Notes under the pieces: generated by a model
Seen by the model: only the letters and a program-made list of their open reading frames with translations
What the model was told of the DNA's origin: nothing
The model's database searches: none
Shown here: one piece after another, positions 52,101 to 64,000 of the stretch
Position numbering within the stretch: position 1 is the first letter of the stretch
Layout: every line of letters begins with the position of its first letter
Position numbers and translations under genes: made by a program
Assembly (NCBI GenBank): GCA_012295275.1
Contig: CM022665.1
Span: 44,578,001-44,642,000 of the forward strand
Origin: Chrysomallon squamiferum
Taxonomy: Eukaryota; Animalia; Mollusca
Reading direction: 5' to 3'
DNA: 64,000 bases

Positions 52101-54443
52101 AACAGTGGGATATAAACATGCCACTGAATGTAAAAATAAAAAATTATTTAAATAAAATAATGAAATTTTTAAATATAATTTTTTAAACATGAGAAGTTAA
52201 TATAAAAATTGACTGAAATATTTTTATTATTTTTTAAAACAGTTTAAATTTTAAAAATTGTTACTGTATTTTTATTTTATTTATTGATTTTTTTTTTTGA
52301 ACAAGCCAGGCTGTGAAAATGACTTGAATCTGGAAATAGTTTTAAAAAATTACAATTATTTTAAAATTTGAAATAAAAATTAAAATATATTTTTAATAAT
52401 CATTTAAATTTTAAAAATTCTTATTGTATTTTTTTTTTTTTTTTTTTTTTCAGGTAGGACAAAAACTATAAAAAAAAAATATTTTAGTGTTAATATATAT
52501 TTAGTTAATCCTAAATTTAAAATATATTTATTATACCTTTTGTTTTCAGGTATGACAAAGGATAGGAAAAAAACAACATTTTAGTGTTCAATATTTTTAA
52601 ATCCTGAATTTAAAACACATTTATTATATACAACTTTTCAGGTAGGACAAAGGATAGAAAAAAAAACATTTTAGTATTCATCATTTTTTAATCCTAAATT
52701 TAAAAAACATTTATTACATACAACTTTCAGGTAGGACAAAGGATAGAAGTGAGGCCAGGTATTGTATCCCGTGACCAGGATGGAAAACTGACATGTCGAC
52801 CGATTCTTTCTCGAATTGTTTCACTGTTTGCTGAGCAGAATGATCTTCAGTATGCTGTGCCAGGAGGCTTGATTGGTAAGCTTTATCAGCTGGCAGCTTA
52901 ACACAGCTTGTAAATAATCGCTTAGGTTTAAATACTTGATATTCCTTTTGGTTTTCTACGGGCTGAATTATGTTAGTAATTGAAATAAAAAATCTAGGAA
53001 CTGATTGGAGATTATTTATCACTGCCCCATAACTGTAGATGTTGTATTTATTTAAAGCACAGCAATATTTAAAAGTACAGTATGTATATTTTTATAATCT
53101 AAAATATCAATACCAACAACAGTATGACTTTTGCTATTTTTCCAATACATGTAAATAAATGTCTATTTTTGGTGTTTTATTTTTATAATCTAAAAGATCA
53201 GTACCAACAACAGTGTGACTTTTGCTATTTTTCTAATACAGGTAAATAAATGTCTATTTTTGGTGTTTTATTTTTATAATCTAAATGATCAATACCAACA
53301 ACAGTGTGACTTTTGCTGTTTTTCCCATCCTTGTAAATAAATGCTTATTTTAGGTGTTGGCACAAAGATTGACCCCACCCTGTGCAGGGCAGACAGGATG
53401 GTGGGTCAGGTGATTGGAACTGTTGGTGCTTTACCTGATATATACACAGAATTGGAAATATCGTTTTTCTTGCTACGTAGGCTGTTAGGAGTCAAAACGG
53501 AAGGAGACAAAAAAGGAGCAAAGGTGAAAATCTAAAATTTATATCTTAAATTAAATCTTTATTGTTTTAATCCCATTTTCTAATAATGTAGTTCAAGAGA
53601 ATATAGAGAGAAATATTTTTTTTTAGATTTTTTTCTTTATTTAAAGGACATTTGGATAATTACTGATTACTTTATTAAAAGATCTGAACTGAATATTTGG
53701 GTTTTGTTCATTAATTAAACTATATGATTATGTTTCTCTAATTTGGGATCTCGGACAAAATCCAAATGCCCATTAAAAATTCTTTGTTTTTTAAAATTAA
53801 TTTTGTAATTACTTTTTAATTTGTTCTTTCAGGTTCAAAAGCTGACAAAGAATGAAATTTTGATGGTGAACATTGGCTCTCTGTCTACAGGAGGTCGAGT
53901 TTTAGCTGTCAAAGTTGATTTAGCCAAAATCGGCCTAACAAACCCTGTGTGCACAGAAATAGGAGAGAAAATTGCTTTGAGTCGACGAGTAGAAAAACAC
54001 TGGAGGTTAGTTGTCTTTGTAGTTATTTTATTTTTAAGTTTTGTTGATTTATAATTTATATTTTATAACTGAAATCCTTACAGCCTAATTGGATCACTGT
54101 TTAAAGATTTTTAAATGATCAAAATCCTATATGTTAATGATTGGATAGAATATCAAAACAAACAAATTAAAAAAAACACAAAATTGAATTCATGTTTGTC
54201 TTATAAATTTAAATGGATACACTTTCTTTGAATTATATTTTATTTTTCAATATCTACAAAAATTATTAATGTGTTAAAAAATGTTGCTATTAAGGAAATT
54301 ATTTGGTTAAAAGAGAAACTATACAAAGAAGGAATCATTCTAATGCTGAATTATTAAAAAAATATTTTAATAATTTTTATTTCAGGTTGATAGGCTGGGG
54401 TCAGATAAGAAGAGGTGTCAAGGTTAATCCTGAAAGTAACTGA
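46120..54443 (+). CDS. EIF2S3: Eukaryotic translation initiation factor 2 subunit gamma (eIF2-gamma), 13 exons, exon 9 disrupted in this sequence
   Basis: Exons 46120-46191, 47973-48036, 48309-48370, 48863-48928, 49286-49407, 49967-50061, 50687-50845, 51436-51570, [exon 9 fragments 51975-52350], 52731-52875, 53354-53523, 53833-54005, 54386-54443. GTPase motifs [18 protein letters not shown]; C-terminal [15 protein letters not shown]. Confidence 0.97.
46908..47915. mobile_element. Non-autonomous DNA transposon (about 1 kb) in EIF2S3 intron 1 with 6-bp TSD
   Basis: Left end CAGTGTTTATAT vs reverse complement of right end CAGGGTTCGTAC (8/12); ATAAAT flanks both ends (46902-46907, 47916-47921); subterminal TGGAAA repeats near both ends; no ORF. 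Confidence 0.65.
47973..48036 (+). CDS. EIF2S3: EIF2S3 exon 2
   Basis: ttttag|GAA...ATT G|gtaagt; [18 protein letters not shown]. Confidence 0.95.
48309..48370 (+). CDS. EIF2S3: EIF2S3 exon 3 (P-loop)
   Basis: cccag|GA ACA...CAG|gtatga; [20 protein letters not shown]. Confidence 0.96.
48863..48928 (+). CDS. EIF2S3: EIF2S3 exon 4
   Basis: ttcag|ACT...AAG|gtaagt; [22 protein letters not shown]. Confidence 0.96.
49286..49407 (+). CDS. EIF2S3: EIF2S3 exon 5 (Cys-rich insert)
   Basis: accag|ATA...CTC AG|gttggt; [20 protein letters not shown]. Confidence 0.95.
49450..49770. repeat. About 105-110-bp tandem repeat x3 in EIF2S3 intron 5
   Basis: TGTTATAAATTTGT(G/A)TTCTTAGTCTTAGCC recurs three times. 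Confidence 0.85.
49967..50061 (+). CDS. EIF2S3: EIF2S3 exon 6
   Basis: tgcag|A CAT...ATT G|gtaaat; [25 protein letters not shown]. Confidence 0.96.
50687..50845 (+). CDS. EIF2S3: EIF2S3 exon 7
   Basis: ttcag|CT GGC...AAA G|gtaaca; [13 protein letters not shown]...QNKIDLV. Confidence 0.96.
51436..51570 (+). CDS. EIF2S3: EIF2S3 exon 8
   Basis: tttag|GT ACT...ATA G|gtaact; [19 protein letters not shown]. Confidence 0.96.
51611..51880. mobile_element. hAT-type (Buster/Charlie-like) MITE in EIF2S3 intron 8
   Basis: Ends TATGGGTCAGCAATCC and GGTTGCTGACTTCTG share the core GTCAGCAA as inverted repeats; subterminal TGGCC motifs; 8-bp TSD TTATATAC (51603-51610) / TCATATAC (51881-51888) fits nnnTAnnn. 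Confidence 0.65.
51975..52350 (+). other. EIF2S3: EIF2S3 exon 9 remnants (scrambled; probable misassembly)
   Basis: ag|TAATTCGATCATATGAT (VIRSYD, 51975), ag|TAATTCGATCATTTGAT (VIRSFD, 52043) and AACAAGCCAGGCTGTGAA (NKPGCE, 52300) are present but not contiguous; GGVAGGS is absent. Confidence 0.8.
52731..52875 (+). CDS. EIF2S3: EIF2S3 exon 10
   Basis: ttcag|GTA GGA...ATT G|gtaagc; [12 protein letters not shown]...[10 protein letters not shown]. Confidence 0.95.
53354..53523 (+). CDS. EIF2S3: EIF2S3 exon 11
   Basis: tttag|GT GTT...AAG|gtgaaa; [19 protein letters not shown]. Confidence 0.96.
53833..54005 (+). CDS. EIF2S3: EIF2S3 exon 12
   Basis: ttcag|GTT...TGG AG|gttagt; [21 protein letters not shown]. 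Confidence 0.96.
54386..54443 (+). CDS. EIF2S3: EIF2S3 exon 13 (terminal)
   Basis: ttcag|G TTG ATA GGC TGG...AAC TGA; [18 protein letters not shown]. Confidence 0.95.
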
Positions 54444-54623
54444 ATCATCATAAAAAAAACTACTGAGAAAATCTGAAACTATTAACAACAAATGAAACTA
54501 TTTCTTAAAATGATGAAAGAAGACTGCAAACATTTTTAAACAGCTGGGAAAACAAGATTTGAAAGATATTTCCATTTTTTGGAGAAAAAAAAGAAGAAAT
54601 ACAGCAACAGCCAGGCTTGATCT

Positions 54624-54639
54624 AATAAAACTTAATAAA
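54624..54639 (+). terminator. Candidate EIF2S3 polyadenylation signals (two AATAAA)
   Basis: AATAAA at 54624-54629 and 54634-54639, about 180 nt after the stop; the motif is common in this AT-rich DNA. Confidence 0.35.
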
Positions 54640-55124
54640 GACTATTAAATGTGTGGACATTAATAATTTTGGGATTGGATTAAAAAAAAAAGCTTATTTA
54701 ACTAGGGATCCTAAAGATTAGGCCAACTGTGCTGTGATTTTGTGATCAACTGTTTTACCCTGACAGACAGACAGACAGACAGAAATACGCACAAACACCT
54801 GCTTTGTACAGATACTTTGTTCAGTCATGTAATCAGGCTGCTTGTCAGATCACTTTTCATAAATGTACAGAAGTAATATTACCTTGTAATAAAATCTTTA
54901 TTGTTAAAGACTTTTCTATTAATTAATTTTTAATTACAGTTTTTATAAAATACCTTTTGAATGAGAATAGAACTGTTCCATTATAATAGCAAAAATATAA
55001 AAGTTGAATTCAAAATCTTTTATCATTTTGTAGAAAGATGGTTGCTTTACTTTTATTTTAATTAGTGTTGGATCAATATTTTTGTGCTAAGACATTCTGA
55101 GAAACCTATGTCACAAAATCGGTC

Positions 55125-55250
55125 ATCTGTGTCCATTGGCTTATTTCCTGTTCCAACTGTTGCTGATGACTGGTGCCATTGAAGGCTTTTTTTCTCTCCA
55201 TGGGACAGTACAAATAAAATATAATTTACTGTTGACCAATAATACTAGCT
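55125..55250 (+). mobile_element. Degraded SINE relic (same family as 160-300)
   Basis: GTGTCCATTGGCTTATTTCCTGTTCCAAC core shared with copies at about 230, 15790 and 31090. Confidence 0.45.
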
Positions 55251-56493
55251 AAACAAAATACTTTGACAGTGAAAAATTAAAAACTAAAATTATATTCTAT
55301 CAACATGATATTTCAAACGGGTAAACTTGGTTATGGTTAAGATCCATTCAGAAGAGAAAAAGAAAACATTGTGCTATTCAGATAGTTTATAGTATACAGA
55401 ATGATTTACAAATTCTTCAAATACAATGAAATGACAACCATTGAATATAAATACATAATGAAAAAACACTAGTGAAAAATGTTGTTTACAGATTATTCTG
55501 TAAAAAAAAAAAAAAAAAAAAAATTTGCAACAATAAGATAAGAATACAGTCTAGATAAGGCATGGACACTCATTTTAGTATGGGTAATTCAAAAGTTATG
55601 TTACACTAAATAAGGAAATGCTGCTTTACATTGTAGAGGTGTATTGGTTTGGTAATCGTGTGTGAGTAAGAAGATAAAAAAGTTGTCAGTGCCACTTGAT
55701 TGGCTATTGAATTGCTCGACTGAATCTATAATTCAGAAATTCCAGTTTTTTGGTCCCTCAGTATCAATTTTAAAACAACAACAACAACAATACAAAACAA
55801 AAAACAACCCGAAACAAATGACAATACTTGCATTAAAAATGTAGCTTGCTGTGAATATTCAGAGTAGATGTAAATCAGCAGTGATCAAAGGTTTTGAAAC
55901 TTTCTTGATGTAACCCTAGGAGAAAATACTCCTTACCAAATATGTCAGAGCAGTTCAGTTTGGTTAGTTAAAGCATGAGTGAATAGGTATACAGAGCTTT
56001 AATTGGATAAAATATGCAAAACAAAAATTTGTGAAAACAAAAAGTGAAAGAAAAACAGTTCATAGTGAGGATGATAATAATTCTTTACGTGGCCTGTTGT
56101 TCAAATACCGTTCTTACTTTTTGCTTCTGTCATCACTAGGGATACCACAGACTGAAAAACTCTGCATTAGAACAGAATGGATTCTTGCTCTTCCACACAG
56201 AGAACTGTTTCCCAATCCAACCACTCATTTTTCAAAATCTGGAGTGTTTGATCACAGAGGATGAAGTATGTCTTGTTGCCTTCTGTAGTGACACTGGCAA
56301 ATATATCTTATGCAAAAGCAATGCATGCAGTATCTTTGTCAACATTTTGAATGAACACATACCAAGTATAATTTAAAGCATATTTTATGTTATAATACAC
56401 ATTAATCTTGTTAACAAACCCTTCCAATTTGTTTAAAACAATTTGATTATCGTCAACACATCCAAAAGTTATATATATTAAAAAAAAAAAAAA

Positions 56494-56530
<37 letters not shown>

Positions 56531-59500
56531 TTTGGGTAATTTTCTCATGATTTATAAAACATTTATTTATTTATTTAAAATAATATAACTTAATTATATT
56601 TAATCTTGTGACTAAAGTTCACCAATAAATGAAAGAAGTTAATAAATTCCAAACTTAGATAAATAAAATAAAAATTTGTTTTCTTTTAATACACTTAATA
56701 TGTAGATCTATCATTAACTGTGATATAAAAAAAATTAAAAAATTAATTAAAAATAATCTTTAAAATGTAAATACTATAATTATGTTTAATTAATTATTTT
56801 TACTTAGTAATTTCTACATAAATCAGTTATTTTCATATAACACACACTTTTCTACACTTTTATTTAACTAATGACATCAAAAACGTTTCTTTACAAGAAA
56901 AACTAAAATATTAATAACAATAATATAAAATTATTGTAGTACAAAACAATATCTGAAGCAAATTACGTTATTACAAAATATGTCAGACCCACAAAATATC
57001 CTTTGTTTTAAACAGATTCTCGAGAATGTAAGTAACAATAAATATAGCATAACAACATGATTTTCCACCAAAAATATATATATATCTATTATATGCAGCA
57101 CTTGTGAAGGAGCACCAAATAATTACAACAATAACAAAATATTTTGTCACTACATCTTTGAATTAAAAATACCATTTAATTTTTTCTGTTCGCAAATGGT
57201 GAATTTCTTTTCTTTCTTTTTTACATTCTAACATATTAATTTTAAAAAATATATAAAAAACAACAACATTCAATGAAAAAATAAATAAAAAATCAGTTTT
57301 TGAAGTGTTATATATACCTCATCTAATATGACCAAAAATATATATATTCTATTAAGCAATTGATGTTCTTGGATTTCAGAATAGTTTGTTGTCCATTAAG
57401 ACAAAATAAATGCACTGGGAGGTATTCACACTAGGTATCTGATTTCAACATGCATTACAAAAATACTTTTAAAATTATTTAGTGCTGATGTAATTGGATC
57501 CTATATATTTCATCTCTTGTACTAACTTAAAACATTTTCTTACATGATTCAGAACAAATTTTACACCTTCTAACTAATCCTCTTACAACTTAATACAAAA
57601 CAGAGTTAGCTGATTAAAAAATAAAAACTTAACACAGAGCACAGTTGTGTATTGGCAAGAACATAAAAGACTTATCAGTCATATTACGATACACTACAGG
57701 TACTTTCAAAAAGCAGTTTTAAAATGAAGCTTTGACGAAGGTTAACATATCTTCATTAACAATAAAATTATTGGTGACGTTGGTACAAACACTTCAGGTT
57801 TATTTATTTGTTTGTTTAAACCTGTATAATGAGAAAGAGAAGATAGCTGTTTCCATTTTTTTTCTTATGTACTCGACAGATTTTCTCATACACAAGTATG
57901 TATTAGGAAAGATGGGTTTCCAGGCTTAATAATAATAATTTGGAAATATTAAAAAATTTTTTTTTAGGTTAGACGATCACACCACCACAAATACACATTA
58001 ACAAACTCTAATAATACATACATAAACAAACAGCAACAATATTTTCACAAAATCTGTAGTTACATTTATGTTATTTTACACATGGAATCATATAATTAAA
58101 CAGGTTTATTTGTTATTTACTAATAAAACCCATTACCAAAATAAATACTGCATTTTGAGGAAGCTGAAAGGGTTTTAACATATTTCCACCTGTTATGATA
58201 AAGGCAGAAAAATAAAAGGCACTTACTTATAAATATATAAATATATGTATTAAAACAATTTCCTTAGTTAATAAAAAACATACTGAACATCTAATATTTC
58301 TAAATTTTTATCGGCTACCCTATGTTCAAATAGTACTATTTTTCTCTGTGGTAACGAAAAAAAAACAATTAAATTTTATAATAAATCTTTGCTTAAACGT
58401 AACAATTTTCACGAAATTTTCCTTGAGTAAGTCTTACATGCAATATACATGCATCAGAACAGGTTATCTACTTAATTTAACAAGAATAATTATATCTGGA
58501 ATTCTTCAACAACTTTTTCAATATTATCTAAATAATAATACTAATACTAATAATAATAAAAAAAATTAACCGATTCAAATACATAAATTTAAATATAAAA
58601 TAAACAATCATTTCTGGCTGAGAGTACATTATGTTTACATTTTTTTTTTACTAACCACTACAGTCATGTGGTCACTGCTACAGCATGGTGGTCAGCAACT
58701 TTGGACGTTGGCCTTACTGGAGTAATTGATGATCTTTAAGTTTTTCTGATGTGTTATAATCCACAAATAAATGAATGTATACAAAGAAAGAATTTTTTTT
58801 CTTTTCAGATCTTTGTTCAGAGTTTGAGTACTGAACATTTTCACGAATAATTAATTAAACTTTTATTTAAACTTTAAGTAAATGTCATTCAAGTTTGATC
58901 CATTTTTTTTTTTTCTAAAATTATTGTCAGTTTGGTGGGTGTTCCAATTTACAGTGTTTGACAAGTGGGCAACAACTGAAAAAAAAAAAGCTAGCCAAGC
59001 TCTGGTATAGCAGTTTATGTAAAAAAAACTGAAAATAAGATTTTATGTGCTTGACAATATTTTCAGTAACATAAAGATATGACACCAGCCAAAAACAAAA
59101 AGCCATCAATGATAAATAAAAAAATAAAAAATAATATACATTGAGCTTTACTTTTTTTTTTCAGCAATACAAAAAAAAATTAAAAATTAAAAAACAAAAA
59201 TCAATTCAGATTTTCTTTTTGTTATACATAACTTACAATGCTTAAAGCATATAATTTGGAAATTAAACATCACATTAATATAATTTTAACACTTTACTTT
59301 TTAACTATCCAAGAAAACTAATTTTGTGATCCATTTTTTTCAGGTCAACTTTAAACTTTCTGAAAATTAAATCTGACAATTTTTCAAATTAACACCCCCT
59401 CAAAAAAAAAGAAAAAAAAAAAAAAGAAAAAAAGATAAGAAAAATATTTATAAAAATAACAGTCAGTCACAATTTAATTTTGATTTCTTACAAAAATACT

Positions 59501-59658
59501 TTTTGTGTTGAGTTCACCAGTATATGATGACAATGCACAGAATGAAAACATGAATGTAGAATCTGTGTGAAACTGTATTTAATGAAGAACTGATTTTCTT
59601 CTCAGTTTGTCAAGCAAAATAACCAAAATCCAAATTGGACATTTTTTTATCTTTCCTT

Positions 59659-63232
<3,574 letters not shown>

Positions 63233-64000
63233 CTGAAAATAATAATAAAGTCAAAAGTCAGCTATTTCTGTGTTTGATATGTTGACACATAATGGGAGGT
63301 GGGGATAAGATAATTAAAAAAAGAAAAAAAAAAGAAAAAAAGAAAAAAAAAAGAAAAAAAGAAAAAAGGAAATAAATAATAATAATAATAATAAAAATTA
63401 ATATAAAAATAAATAAAGAAGGAAAAAAAATTATTATAAAAATAAATAAATTGTTGGCAAAGGGTTGTTGTAGTAGTGAAGAACAATTATTTATAAGTCA
63501 ACAAAGGGGACATACTTTGCAGACTTGAAATAATAATTAAAATTGTTCTGCATTTTATAAACATTAATGCCTCATACTTGGTAACATAATAACTAAAGCA
63601 ACGATTTTGTTTTAAAGATGTAAGTCATTTTATTCAGGTAAAAACACAGAAAAAGAAGATGGCCAAATTAAATATAGAAGTAAATGCATCCTGATCTATT
63701 GTATGCAAAGACAAAAAGAACACATTTAAGAACGTTTTAGGTGGGAGGGGTGCATGCAGTCCAAAATACAGGAGAAGCTGAAGTGAAACTAAAAGTGTGG
63801 TGATATATGATGACTTATTCAGTAAACCAGAATCATAATAGTATTACTTAAAAGTATTTCTTTTTTAAATTTAAAACAGACATTCAATACTGGAGATATA
63901 TTTTTAACAATTTTGAAAGAAGAAATTTATTTATTCATTTTTAATTATTTTAATTTTTATTTACTTTTTTTTTTAAATTTATTTATTTTTTTTATTATTA

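Noticed and set aside
56031-56376. Two short ORFs between EIF2S3 and SFT2 as a further gene
   Set aside because: No recognisable protein, non-ATG starts, no splice-consistent partners; probably UTR or intergenic

Overview
AT-rich, microsatellite-dense animal genomic DNA. Lophotrochozoan/gastropod-like origin is my inference. Four spliced protein-coding genes were reconstructed by hand from GT-AG boundaries and reading phase. (1) 3' portion of an NHS/GUK-holder family actin regulator (+, 8335-20274, 4 exons, two apparent 1-nt frameshifts). (2) Complete MBTPS2/site-2 protease (-, 44827-29798, 9 exons, 487 aa), whose last intron is U12-type. (3) EIF2S3/eIF2-gamma (+, 46120-54443), head-to-head with MBTPS2, with exon 9 present only as scrambled fragments. 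(4) 3' six exons of an SFT2D1/2 vesicle-transport gene (-, 63232-59659). Non-coding DNA holds many mini/microsatellites, degraded tRNA-type SINE relics and two non-autonomous DNA transposons with target-site duplications. The most unusual pattern is that intronic tandem repeats are repeatedly anchored on exon boundaries, copying the splice site plus a few exon bases into the intron as decoys. Almost all other ORFs in the supplied track are microsatellite or antisense artefacts. No prokaryotic-type system, CRISPR array, rRNA or intact tRNA was found.
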